The notes under the pieces are model-generated. The model was not told the origin of the DNA and did no database searches. It saw only the letters and a list, made by a program, of their open reading frames with translations. From IMG/VR virus record IMGVR_UViG_3300032050_000140, positions 1 to 61,130 of that record: a stretch of 61,130 bases of DNA, one strand, 5' to 3'. The translations under genes and the position numbers were made by a program. Positions 7,247 through 16,291 of this stretch are shown piece by piece (positions within the stretch are counted from its first letter, which is position 1; every line of letters starts with the position of its first letter). The DNA comes from a virus (taxonomy: Duplodnaviria > Caudoviricetes).

Positions 7247-7954
7247 ATGAAACTAATTTTTAGAATTGGAGATACCTTGCAAGTAATAAGCAAGTCAACC
7301 ACTAGCAACAATAAGATTGAAGCAGACAAGAAAAGAAAAATTGTTCAAACATACACATTTAGTAGAAAGCAATATGAATTGATTGCTAACGGAACGAATG
7401 ATGGCATGAAGACTTTCTTCAGTAACGCTGATACAAATTGTTTAGATTGTCCATTCAATGAATTCGGCAAATGTTATACGCATAAATTCAACCAATATGT
7501 TGGGTTTATCAGCATGCTAAAAAGTATTGCAAAAGAATTCGGAACATTCGAAAATATACCAACATTCAAATACGATATGATTCTTCAGGCAAGAGAAATG
7601 TCACAAGGTACATACGTTAGATTTGGTACATATGGCGAGCCTTCATTACACCCAATTAAAATGATTGAGGAAATGTCAAACGTAGCAGATAATTGGACTG
7701 GATATACTCACCAATGGATGCGTAACGATTTGAGTAAATTCTTCATGGCTTCAACACATGACATCAATGGAGAAATTGTTGCAAGGCTTAAAGGATATAG
7801 AAGTTACATTGCTACGGAATCAAAGATAGACGGAATTGTCAATTGTCCTGCAAGCAAGGAAGCAGGATTCAAATCAACATGCAGTAAATGCAATTTGTGT
7901 AGTGGTACACTAGGAACAAAATCAAACAAATCAATTTACATTTTAAATCATTAA
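7247..7954 (+). CDS. Cys-rich early protein (gp88/DUF7227-like)
   Basis: CLDCPF...CY, VRFGTYGEP, WTGYTHQW, CPAS.E.G...TC..C.LC motifs. Confidence 0.65.
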   Translation: MKLIFRIGDTLQVISKSTTSNNKIEADKKRKIVQTYTFSRKQYELIANGTNDGMKTFFSNADTNCLDCPFNEFGKCYTHKFNQYVGFISMLKSIAKEFGTFENIPTFKYDMILQAREMSQGTYVRFGTYGEPSLHPIKMIEEMSNVADNWTGYTHQWMRNDLSKFFMASTHDINGEIVARLKGYRSYIATESKIDGIVNCPASKEAGFKSTCSKCNLCSGTLGTKSNKSIYILNH

Positions 7955-7956
7955 TC

Positions 7957-8232
7957 ATGAACATAATAATATCATCGAATTACGGATTCGATCACAACTG
8001 GACATTAATTATTAAGACTAAATCACGTTACAAATCATTCTATTTAGGACAAGATGTCAAATTTTGTCATCGAGTATTAGGCATGTCGCCAAGAGACATC
8101 GTTCAACAAATTGGTAGCGCACACATACAAGATGAAAAAGTAAATAGAAAGTTAGCAAGATTTATTGTCAAGCAGTTAGGAGGAACAAAAGCAATTATTA
8201 ACCTTCAGCCATGGGAATTATGCGCTGAGTAA
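7957..8232 (+). CDS. Hypothetical early protein
   Basis: 91-aa ORF in the early operon. Confidence 0.7.
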   Translation: MNIIISSNYGFDHNWTLIIKTKSRYKSFYLGQDVKFCHRVLGMSPRDIVQQIGSAHIQDEKVNRKLARFIVKQLGGTKAIINLQPWELCAE

Positions 8233-8243
8233 AACAAATAGCC

Positions 8244-8426
8244 ATGAAAGCTACACTAGAACAAATCGCTGAGGAATATGGGCATGTCTCAGTAATTGAA
8301 ATGATACAAGAATACATGTTTGACTCAATCGTTCCTGCATGCTGTACGGAAGGATGTGAAGTAGAACCCGATGGTAAATGTAGCCATGGGCATCCGTCAA
8401 TATTAATAGCAGCTGGTTTTGCATAA
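8244..8426 (+). CDS. Small Cys/His protein (possible Zn-binding)
   Basis: PACCTEGCEVEPDGKCSHGHPS motif; TAGCC-ATG start. Confidence 0.7.
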   Translation: MKATLEQIAEEYGHVSVIEMIQEYMFDSIVPACCTEGCEVEPDGKCSHGHPSILIAAGFA

Positions 8427-8439
8427 AAATAAAATAGCC

Positions 8440-9006
8440 ATGAAAGTAAAAACATACCTGCCTCTATTCAGAGGTTTCTATGGATCACATTGGGATGATC
8501 CATGCTTCGATGGAGAAGAAGATATCTATAACCTACCAAATGACAAAGAGTTTTGGGAATTTGTCGATTGGAATGCATACCATGAACACATAGCAATAGA
8601 AATGTGCAACGAAGTACAATACCTTTTATCAGACTTTGTATCCGATATTGAATTCGAAAGAATAAGCAGTCCTAAATACTATAACTTCGAGAATGATTCA
8701 ATACATTGCGAGATAACATTTGATGAAGAAAAGGTAATGGAATACCTTAACGAAAATCAAGATGCATTCTCAGTCTATATAAGAGAGCGATATACATCAA
8801 GAGATGGTTTTATGTCATTCTACGAGAATAACGCTTTAGAATGGCTTGAAGGATGGCAGGATGATAACCATAAAGTCGGATCAATACTACAATTCATTTG
8901 TGAGAATGAAGGATTCGAAGAGCCATGGGATTTGAATGATTGCCACATCTCATTATTTTATAACCAACAAATCAACCAATATGAAAGAACAAATTTTAGC
9001 GACTAA
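8440..9006 (+). CDS. Acidic early protein
   Basis: Likely start ATG 8440 (TAGCC-ATG). LPLFRGFYGS, SPKYYNFEND and YTSRDGFMSFY motifs of a recurrent phage early family. Confidence 0.75.
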   Translation: MKVKTYLPLFRGFYGSHWDDPCFDGEEDIYNLPNDKEFWEFVDWNAYHEHIAIEMCNEVQYLLSDFVSDIEFERISSPKYYNFENDSIHCEITFDEEKVMEYLNENQDAFSVYIRERYTSRDGFMSFYENNALEWLEGWQDDNHKVGSILQFICENEGFEEPWDLNDCHISLFYNQQINQYERTNFSD

Positions 9007-9205
9007 CGGACGATTCTTCTCGGTGTCATTTATAAAGAAAGATGGCATTGAAAGAAGAATGGTAGCCCGACTGGGCGTAAGAAAGAACATCAAAGGAGTT
9101 GGACTGAAGTTCAACCCCTCCGACCACAACCTAATGGTAGTATACGATGTTCATAAGCGAGCCTACCGAATGATTAACCTATTAACAATTTTTAAATTTA
9201 AATAG
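8981..9205 (+). CDS. SH3/WYL_2 (DUF2693)-like beta-barrel protein
   Basis: FFSVSFIKKDG.ERRM.ARLG...V.YDV....YRMI pattern; likely start ATG 8981. Confidence 0.7.
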   Translation: MKEQILATNGRFFSVSFIKKDGIERRMVARLGVRKNIKGVGLKFNPSDHNLMVVYDVHKRAYRMINLLTIFKFK

Positions 9206-9207
9206 CC

Positions 9208-9429
9208 ATGAAAGACCTATTTGAAACACCCGAATTAATACCTAGTGAAGTACAATTGATACTTGAATCGTACAACGAGGACGAAAGTACGAATGACTAT
9301 CTAGACCTACAAAGATTAACCAATGAGTTAGAACAAATTGGTTATACGTTAGATTATGGATTAGATGCCGAGCCGTTTGGATTAAGACCAATTGGAATAA
9401 AGTTAGAAAATTTAGAAGGATATGAATGA
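9208..9429 (+). CDS. Acidic hypothetical protein
   Basis: 73-aa ORF, TAGCC-ATG start. Confidence 0.7.
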   Translation: MKDLFETPELIPSEVQLILESYNEDESTNDYLDLQRLTNELEQIGYTLDYGLDAEPFGLRPIGIKLENLEGYE

Positions 9430-9640
9430 GATACTAAAAGCAAAAGAAGTCTTGCGAGATGCAGGATACTTTGTAGATAATTTATGGCATATACACGATG
9501 TGTATGTAGCTGCTGATGGAGCAATAAAGAAAGACCAAGCAAGACAAGTCTTAGAAATGGCGTTAACGAATAACGACACGACCGATCAAATTTGGTTAGC
9601 AATCAAAATGAGTATTAACATATTAAACGAGAAGCCATGA
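9422..9640 (+). CDS. Hypothetical protein
   Basis: 72-aa ORF overlapping the previous gene. Confidence 0.7.
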   Translation: MNEILKAKEVLRDAGYFVDNLWHIHDVYVAADGAIKKDQARQVLEMALTNNDTTDQIWLAIKMSINILNEKP

Positions 9641-9709
9641 GAGACGAAGAAATAAACGATCTAATAAAAGAATGGTTGGATTGGAATTAATAACTAAAAA
9701 CCAAAAGAC

Positions 9710-9892
9710 ATGACAACAGAACAAAAGATTGAACTAGCGAGCGAACTAGCTCACGACAGAACGTTATATGAATCTGGAGATATATGTAACAACGAGGACG
9801 ATATGTATGAAGGTGAGAACTACACCGAAGAAATACAGGATCGCTTTAATCAGTGGTATGACTACTACTTGACTAAGATTGAGCAAATTTAA
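9710..9892 (+). CDS. Acidic hypothetical protein
   Basis: 60-aa ORF, last of the early cluster. Confidence 0.65.
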   Translation: MTTEQKIELASELAHDRTLYESGDICNNEDDMYEGENYTEEIQDRFNQWYDYYLTKIEQI

Positions 9893-9894
9893 AG

Positions 9895-10225
9895 TAATAC
9901 TTTAAGTATGTTATGGAAAAGTCTCACAATCAACAAGTTATGTTAACTGATGTTGATTTAGTGTCAACGAACTTTTGTTTAACTTGCTGATTATCAATGA
10001 GAATAGCGATAAAAATGTCAAATGTTAAAAAAATAACCCTATACGGAGAATATTATATCTCCGCCACTCCCCTTATCTCTTGTTCATTCTCTTATTATTT
10101 TTTTTCTTAAGTATAAAGTTTGTTAACTTAAAATCAACATAAGTAACTGATAATAAGAAGATTAAAAAACATTTAAATAACATTTTTCAACATTATTTTT
10201 AAATTCCAACATTATTTAATACATT
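9895..10225. other. Putative replication origin
   Basis: ORF-free AT-rich gap with inverted ATGTTGATTT (9950-9959)/AAATCAACAT (10131-10140), repeated AACATT at 10168, 10179, 10189 and 10208, and a central pyrimidine-rich tract. Confidence 0.45.
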
Positions 10226-10314
10226 TGTATACCTCTCACAGGTATATTAGAAACATTAACAATCCCCTTGTGATGAAATAGAAGTGAGAGGCTATTGATT
10301 TGCGAGGGGATTTT
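10220..10314 (+). promoter_or_regulatory. -7 box plus structured (pseudoknotted) 5' leader of the HNH gene
   Basis: TACATTTG 10220-10227. Long hairpin AATCCCCTTG.../...CGAGGGGATT-TT (10261-10314) whose loop GTGAGAGG (10284-10291) is complementary to CCTCTCAC (10232-10239). Confidence 0.55.
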
Positions 10315-10319
10315 GCGTT

Positions 10320-10949
10320 ATGAAAGAATGTAAAAATTGCGGTCAATTGACTGACCGATATTACTCAAAGAGGCACAAGAAATGTGTCGAGTGTTTTAAC
10401 AAGGTATCCAAGCGAAAGATACTAGATGAGTTTAAGCCAATAGTTAGGAAGGGGAGATATGAAACGATTAAGTTTATATTTTCAGAACCAAAGAATGAAA
10501 TGGCGATCAACAGTTTGTTAGGTTGCAATCATAGAAAAGTTAGGCAACATCTTGAGAGCAAGTTTCAAAAGGGTATGAATTGGGATAATCATGGCGCGTG
10601 GCACGTTGACCATATCAGACCATTTAGTTCAGCGCGAACGATGAGAGAGTTAAAGATGTTGTTCAGGTGGCAGAACATTCAGCCGTTGTGGGCTGAGGCT
10701 AATTTGAGGAAGGGTAGAGATATGATAGGCGAATCAAAGCTAGACGCGATAAACAAAAAGATGGCTGATAGGTATGACGATCACATGGAGAAGTTGTCTA
10801 GTGATATAATAAAGACTAAGACGATTGACCAAATGCGCGAGACGTTGCGTGATTTTGGGGTAGTTAGTATTGGTGATTTAGAGGTATGTGCGAGTAGTAT
10901 AGGATATGAGCGCGAGGGTGATTTATTTATTAAAAGAAGGAAATTATGA
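10320..10949 (+). CDS. HNH endonuclease with N-terminal Zn ribbon
   Basis: CxxC...CxxC N-terminus; MNWDNHGAWHVDHIRP...NIQPLWAEANLRKG HNH core. Confidence 0.85.
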   Translation: MKECKNCGQLTDRYYSKRHKKCVECFNKVSKRKILDEFKPIVRKGRYETIKFIFSEPKNEMAINSLLGCNHRKVRQHLESKFQKGMNWDNHGAWHVDHIRPFSSARTMRELKMLFRWQNIQPLWAEANLRKGRDMIGESKLDAINKKMADRYDDHMEKLSSDIIKTKTIDQMRETLRDFGVVSIGDLEVCASSIGYEREGDLFIKRRKL

Positions 10950-11149
10950 CAAAAGAACAAATTGAGCAAGCGGCAGGTAATCTTGCAGATCCGAACATCT
11001 GTAAGACTGACAATTGGATAGCAGGTGCAAGATGGATGGCTAGTCAGATGTATAGTGAGGAGGAGTTAAGGAATGCGGTTGAGGTATCTGTAGGTAAGAT
11101 AAACGATGAATCATTTAAACAATTTAAAAAATATGAAACGAATATTTGA
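10946..11149 (+). CDS. Hypothetical protein
   Basis: 67-aa ORF with IAGARW..SQMYSEEE motif common in small Bacteroidota phage proteins. Confidence 0.65.
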   Translation: MTKEQIEQAAGNLADPNICKTDNWIAGARWMASQMYSEEELRNAVEVSVGKINDESFKQFKKYETNI

Positions 11150-11220
11150 GATTTACTTTGGTTGGCTGTTCATCAATGGAAGGAAGCAGCAAGAGTGGTA
11201 TAACTATTTAAGAGAAAGAT

Positions 11221-11406
11221 ATGGAAAATGAATTTGTAGATAATGTATTAAGAAGGTTGCTTGAGCTACCTACTGATATACAGGAGATGTCGTTGCGGAA
11301 TGCAAAGATAATCATGGATAATTGGGCTGAGATCAGCAATTCGTTAACAAGCAGAGCGATAGAGCATGAGTACTATGAGCTGTGTGCAATACTGAGGGAT
11401 ATATGA
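11221..11406 (+). CDS. Small protein with C-terminal UVR (UvrB/UvrC)-like motif
   Basis: RAIEHEYYELCAILRD. Confidence 0.55.
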   Translation: MENEFVDNVLRRLLELPTDIQEMSLRNAKIIMDNWAEISNSLTSRAIEHEYYELCAILRDI

Positions 11407-11756
11407 AAAGGCACACAATACACATACCGATTTACAATGGTATTCTACATGTTGTTGACTGTGAGGATTTGCAGCAGGCTATTAAGGACACTAAGTCTGA
11501 GCATGAATGCGAGGATCATGAACATTTCGATGCTTTTGTAACATCTAATCATGATATAAATCCAGGGAATTGGTTTTTGTTCATAGACTTAAAGAATTGT
11601 GATTTAAGTTTATTAGTTCATGAATTATTTCATGCGGCACATAGGGTTTTGGAATACTTTGGTATTAAGTTCACGACAAAGAATCACGAGCCATTTGCGT
11701 ACTTAATTGAGTATTTATTTAACGAATGCCTTAAACTTAAATCAGATGAAAGATAA
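11403..11756 (+). CDS. Putative zincin-like metalloprotein
   Basis: VHELFH (HExxH) plus downstream HEPFAYL; likely start ATG 11403. Confidence 0.6.
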   Translation: MKRHTIHIPIYNGILHVVDCEDLQQAIKDTKSEHECEDHEHFDAFVTSNHDINPGNWFLFIDLKNCDLSLLVHELFHAAHRVLEYFGIKFTTKNHEPFAYLIEYLFNECLKLKSDER

Positions 11757-11924
11757 AGGGTGTGCTTGTTACGGTAGTAATTCTTTGCATAAGTGTTTTT
11801 GCAAGTATTCACAACCAAATAAAAAAATGATTACTAATATCGTGTTAAATGAATCAGAAAAACAGGAATTGAATAATATCATTAATGAATTTCAAAAGCA
11901 ATTAATAAGAAAAATTTAAACATT

Positions 11925-12236
11925 ATGAAAACAGGAGATAAAGTAATCGCATTAACAGACAATCCGAATGACAGTTGTCAGTTCAGGAGGAAGGGCAGTG
12001 TATATATGGTGAACGCTACGACATTTTGTGTGATGTGTATGAAAGGTTTAATTAACATAGGACAAAGATCTCGGCATCAAGCAGTTATGTGTAAGTGTGG
12101 TACATTAATGGATTCAAATGGTTTAATGTGGACACCGAAAGATGAGTTCGTCTTGCTTTCTGATAAGCAAGAGGCACTACAAAAGGCTGTTGATTGTGAG
12201 GACTACGAGTTCGCTGCTAAATTGAGGGACTTATGA
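11925..12236 (+). CDS. Cys-containing protein with C-terminal UVR motif
   Basis: CVMC and CKC motifs; ends LQKAVDCEDYEFAAKLRD. Confidence 0.65.
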   Translation: MKTGDKVIALTDNPNDSCQFRRKGSVYMVNATTFCVMCMKGLINIGQRSRHQAVMCKCGTLMDSNGLMWTPKDEFVLLSDKQEALQKAVDCEDYEFAAKLRDL

Positions 12237-12355
12237 AACACGCAACAATAATTTACGTATCGTATTTGGTCTTACTGGGATCGGTATGTTACATCACTAG
12301 TTCAGCGTATCCGTTATTCGGATTATTATTAATTCAAAATATAAATGTAAAATGA
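12233..12355 (+). CDS. Membrane peptide, 40 aa
   Basis: MKHATIIYVSYLVLLGSVCYITSSAYPLFGLLLIQNINVK*; ATGA overlaps at both ends. Confidence 0.55.
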   Translation: MKHATIIYVSYLVLLGSVCYITSSAYPLFGLLLIQNINVK

Positions 12356-12570
12356 CAGCAGTACAATGGGCATTAGACCAGCAGCATACATTATTTGCTT
12401 TAAAGGAGCTTGGTGGCATAGATGACATTGAATATTTTAATAGATCATCTAAGATACTTGAGGAAGCTATGGAGATGGAGAAGGAGCAAATGAAAAGAAT
12501 ATGTTTTAGGAGTTTAGAAGCTCACTTTGATGAGTTGTATTATGAAAATTTTAAAATAAAATGGAAATAA
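12352..12570 (+). CDS. Hypothetical protein
   Basis: MTAVQW...ILEEAMEMEKEQ pattern of a common small phage family. Confidence 0.65.
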   Translation: MTAVQWALDQQHTLFALKELGGIDDIEYFNRSSKILEEAMEMEKEQMKRICFRSLEAHFDELYYENFKIKWK

Positions 12571-12696
12571 AATTAATTAACACTTATAAGGATTAGGATG
12601 TAATAGTTTTTACTCCTATGATTAATCTTGAATGTAAATGTTTGATGATAGCATTTATAATTTATCAAATTGAAATAACCTTTAAATCAGAATAGA

Positions 12697-12963
12697 ATGA
12701 AAGCTAAAGACAAGAAAAGATTACAGTCAGCCATTGAGGATATATTATGGATGGCTGCAAGGTATGCTCATGGTAGACATACTTATGCGCCTAGCATGGT
12801 GCGTGATTCGGTAGCTGTTTTTAAAGATGTGTTTCCTGACTTTAAGATAAAGCAGGATCATGTTATAAAGCCACCATCGGATGATGAGTTAGATGGAATG
12901 GTATTAAGGAGTGATTATTTAGATGATATATTTAACAACGGAGAACTATGGAAACAGGAGTAG
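12697..12963 (+). CDS. Hypothetical protein
   Basis: 88-aa ORF, WMAARYAHGRHTYAPS motif. Confidence 0.7.
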   Translation: MKAKDKKRLQSAIEDILWMAARYAHGRHTYAPSMVRDSVAVFKDVFPDFKIKQDHVIKPPSDDELDGMVLRSDYLDDIFNNGELWKQE

Positions 12964-13380
12964 AGATGTTGGTCAGGGAGTTGACCGCTATGGGTATTGA
13001 TATACCTGATGAGTTAATTAAGCGAGCGAAGTATCGTGAGCAGATGTTGCGAGATATGGAGTGGCAGTTAGGATATGAAGATCAAATAAAATAAATTATG
13101 AACAGATACCACATTTGCTACCTAATAGACAATGATTTGTGTACGGGTATAACATTAGATGCATCAAGTTATGGTGATGCTTTAAGTAAGTTTAAGTTAG
13201 ACAATCAAATTTTGTATATATGTTTAATGCGATAGTGATTTTTTTAATGCCAACAATTTTCTTTGCGATCATGTCGGCTAGCAGTTTAATCAAGAATGAC
13301 ATACTTCGGGTTGGTGGGGTATTTATTGGTTTTGCTGGCATGATGGCATCAGTAATTATTTTAATTGTAAATATAATATT

Positions 13381-13773
13381 ATGGGTAGGTTAGTAGTTGC
13401 TATCTTGGCATTGAGTGTCAACATAGCGTTTGGACAATTAGGTTACATGCGTGACTTTAAGCAGAACAGTGATGGGTTATATGAGATGACGTTCAAGGAT
13501 GTCAAGCAGGCTATACACAAGTATAATTATGTGTTAAACATGAATGGTTCTGACACGATTGGTATTGTGTATAATGTAACCAACAATCCAATTGACTTTG
13601 GTTACTTCAGCAATGACCCGAACAGCGATAGTATTGTTGTGAGTATGTTTTTACGAGAGGGAAATAGGTACAAATTAATATTTGGCTATATTGACGGAAG
13701 TGTTGATAGGTATTTCTTTGACGTTCTTGATCAAGATGGTATTGAGACATCATTAGTATATAGAAAGCGATGA
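13381..13773 (+). CDS. Predicted exported protein
   Basis: Signal-peptide-like N-terminus MGRLVVAILALSVNIAFG/Q. Confidence 0.6.
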   Translation: MGRLVVAILALSVNIAFGQLGYMRDFKQNSDGLYEMTFKDVKQAIHKYNYVLNMNGSDTIGIVYNVTNNPIDFGYFSNDPNSDSIVVSMFLREGNRYKLIFGYIDGSVDRYFFDVLDQDGIETSLVYRKR

Positions 13774-14141
13774 AAGCCTGGAAGGACTTAGAAGAAAACC
13801 CACACGTCTCACTCTATCACACTAGAGTGAGTCTGTGGTATCTTGACATGGGAGTTAAGATTGAGAAGTTTGATGAAGATGGCAAGATAGATATAAAAAA
13901 CACCATGACACCAAACGAGAAGTTCTATGACGTAAGTGATGATGAGTATAAGATATTTGAATATCAAGGATGGATTACAGGATGCTTGACTGTCAATATA
14001 AATATACTTAATCAGAGAATTGAATGGCAAGAGCATCTTATAGAATCAAATTGTTTAATTGGTCCTGAATCGATGCAAAAAAAAATAGAAAAAAATAAAG
14101 AAAAATTGTTGTATTATCAACAAAGATTGTTAAATTTGTAA
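13770..14141 (+). CDS. Hypothetical protein
   Basis: 123-aa ORF coupled to the upstream gene. Confidence 0.7.
   Translation: MKAWKDLEENPHVSLYHTRVSLWYLDMGVKIEKFDEDGKIDIKNTMTPNEKFYDVSDDEYKIFEYQGWITGCLTVNINILNQRIEWQEHLIESNCLIGPESMQKKIEKNKEKLLYYQQRLLNL
14109..14138 (+). promoter_or_regulatory. Promoter for the recombination module
   Basis: TTG (14109-14111)-N19-TAAATTTG (14131-14138). Confidence 0.75.
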
Positions 14142-14160
14142 CCCCTTTAAATCAAATCAA

Positions 14161-14655
14161 ATGAGTAATCAAACACACTGGCGTAATTTAATGGCCGACA
14201 ACAAGTACTTAGGTGCTTGGGATTTAGAAGTAAATGGTAAATACGAGCCAAGAATCGTAACAATTGAGAAGGTATATCAAGACACCTTTGTTGGGGAGAT
14301 GGGTAAGGAGCAGAAGGTATTCATCAAGCTCAAGGAGTTTCCGAAGCCTATGGTAACAAACCGAACGAACTTTAAGAGATTGGAGACATTCTTTGATTCT
14401 TTCGATCCAAGTGATTACATAGGTAAGCAGATAGTATTGGGAGCTGAGAAGGTAAAGAGTCCGCAAGGAATGGTTGAAGCGTTAAGGTTCAGCACCAGAC
14501 CTTTACCAAAGAAGGAGCTACAGCCACTTCCTGACGATAGGTTTCAAGGTGCGATTGACTCTATTAAGTCTAAGCGATCAACATTTGAGGCAATCAATAA
14601 GTCGTTCAAGTTAACAGCAGAGCAAATTAAATTGTTGAAGGATGCTGAGGCTTAG
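14161..14655 (+). CDS. Putative ssDNA-binding/annealing-associated protein
   Basis: THWR...KYLGAWDL...VTIEKV...KPMV.N.TN...IGK.I.L family; context upstream of an exonuclease supports a recombination role. Confidence 0.5.
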   Translation: MSNQTHWRNLMADNKYLGAWDLEVNGKYEPRIVTIEKVYQDTFVGEMGKEQKVFIKLKEFPKPMVTNRTNFKRLETFFDSFDPSDYIGKQIVLGAEKVKSPQGMVEALRFSTRPLPKKELQPLPDDRFQGAIDSIKSKRSTFEAINKSFKLTAEQIKLLKDAEA

Positions 14656-15418
14656 GGCATCTACAGCTAGTCCTGTATTCTTGGGTGATGATGGGCTAAC
14701 GGCAAAGCAGGCCGAACTACTGGAAGAGTTACTCGGTAAGATAAAACTAACAGAGAAGCAGGCTGAGAAGCGTGACGAGTTGATAGCCAAGCGCGACTCG
14801 CCTGTTGAACTGTCGACAGGAGCAAAGACTTTGATCGAGGATTATATTGACAAAATAGTTTATCAATATGAGGAGGACTTCTCTAATCCAAAGACACAGA
14901 AGGGATGGGCTGTTGAGGCTGACTCAATAGTTATATATAACAAGGTGTTCTTCACTGACTACAAAAAGATTGAGGAGACTGACAAGTATTATGAAATCAC
15001 ATACGGCATACTTGGCGGTCATCCTGACATTGTTGATTGTGATAGAAAGATGGTGATCGATATTAAGTCATCATGGACAAAAAAGACATTTCCAAAAACA
15101 CCTGAGAAAGCTTACGACACAGGGTATCAGTGGCAGGTCAAGTTGTATCTATATATGTTGAGTAAAATAACTGGTGAGGAGTGGAGGCATGGTGAGGTAG
15201 CTCATGTGTTGGTTAGCACACCTGAGAAGATAAAACCTGAGTGGGAGAGTGATACGTTGCACTTTATACCTGACGACTTTCCTTTGCATTTGAGAGCTAC
15301 TACTGTTCCTGTTGAGCTTACAGACGATGACATCTTAAAGATTGAGCGAAGGGTAAAGGTTGCTGAGGAATATGCGAATGACTATTATAATAAACTAATA
15401 AATAAAAACAAATGTTAG
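14642..15418 (+). CDS. PD-(D/E)XK exonuclease (lambda Exo/YqaJ-like)
   Basis: GGHPDIV...IDIKSSW...YQWQVKLY motifs. Confidence 0.85.
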   Translation: MLRLRASTASPVFLGDDGLTAKQAELLEELLGKIKLTEKQAEKRDELIAKRDSPVELSTGAKTLIEDYIDKIVYQYEEDFSNPKTQKGWAVEADSIVIYNKVFFTDYKKIEETDKYYEITYGILGGHPDIVDCDRKMVIDIKSSWTKKTFPKTPEKAYDTGYQWQVKLYLYMLSKITGEEWRHGEVAHVLVSTPEKIKPEWESDTLHFIPDDFPLHLRATTVPVELTDDDILKIERRVKVAEEYANDYYNKLINKNKC

Positions 15419-15585
15419 AGATAACACAAGTAAAAAATGGGTATATTGTTAGAGACAATACCCCTAACGCCAACATGTCTGTAAATCCAGCAATGGTGTT
15501 TCAAACAATGTCAGAGCTCCTTAAATATGTAAGCGAGCATTTCACACACAGACAACACGAAGTGTTGGTTGATGGTCCTTTTTAG
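15412..15585 (+). CDS. Small hypothetical protein, 57 aa
   Basis: MLEITQVKNGYIVRD...; fills the gap between exonuclease and SSB. Confidence 0.55.
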   Translation: MLEITQVKNGYIVRDNTPNANMSVNPAMVFQTMSELLKYVSEHFTHRQHEVLVDGPF

Positions 15586-15606
15586 TAATCAATTAAATCA
15601 AATAAA

Positions 15607-15948
15607 ATGAGTGCATTTAAAATGAAGGGTGTGATCAAGGTGATCAAGCCGACACAACAAGTGTCAGAGAAGTTTAGTAAGCGTGAGTTCGTTGTAACTG
15701 ATATGTCAGAAGCACAATATCCGCAAGACATTATGCTAGAGTTTACGCAAGACAAAGTTAGCCTACTTGATAATTTTGGAATTGGTCAAGAAGTTGAGGT
15801 AAGCTTTAATTTAAGGGGTCGCGAGTGGACATCTCCACAAGGCGATGTTAAGTATTTCAATACGTTAAACGCTTTCAAGCTTGAGGCTATTGGTGCAGCA
15901 CCAGTTGCTATTGACATCTCAGGCGATGATGACGCATTACCTTTTTAA
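15607..15948 (+). CDS. DUF3127 family OB-fold SSB-like protein
   Basis: FSKREFVV, YPQDI..EF.QDK, VSFNLRGREW, YFNTL; acidic tail DDDALPF. Confidence 0.9.
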   Translation: MSAFKMKGVIKVIKPTQQVSEKFSKREFVVTDMSEAQYPQDIMLEFTQDKVSLLDNFGIGQEVEVSFNLRGREWTSPQGDVKYFNTLNAFKLEAIGAAPVAIDISGDDDALPF

Positions 15949-16291
15949 TTATGTGGTTGGTATTATTTTATTTGTTATTCTCAGCACTATTTTCGTTTGG
16001 GGTAACACATGCAGAGAACGATCGGTCGTTTGATGTTATAGCTAAATTATTTTTATGTCTATTAGCAGGTTGGCTTATGATGCCAGTGTATCTTGGTAGT
16101 TGGTTTGACTTAAATAACAGAAAAAAATGATTGAGATAAGAGTAATAATTGATGACAGCTCGTCAGCTACTTTAACTGTAGCTGATGATGCTGACATCTA
16201 TCAAGCAAGAGAGGTTATTGTACTTGCATTGATGGCTGCTGGTTATACAAAAGATGCTATTAATCAGATAATATTTTCTTAAATTTGTAAT

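Noticed and set aside
13006-13035. CTGATGAG as a second hammerhead
   Set aside because: No GAAA core partner or stem III; lies within a coding frame.
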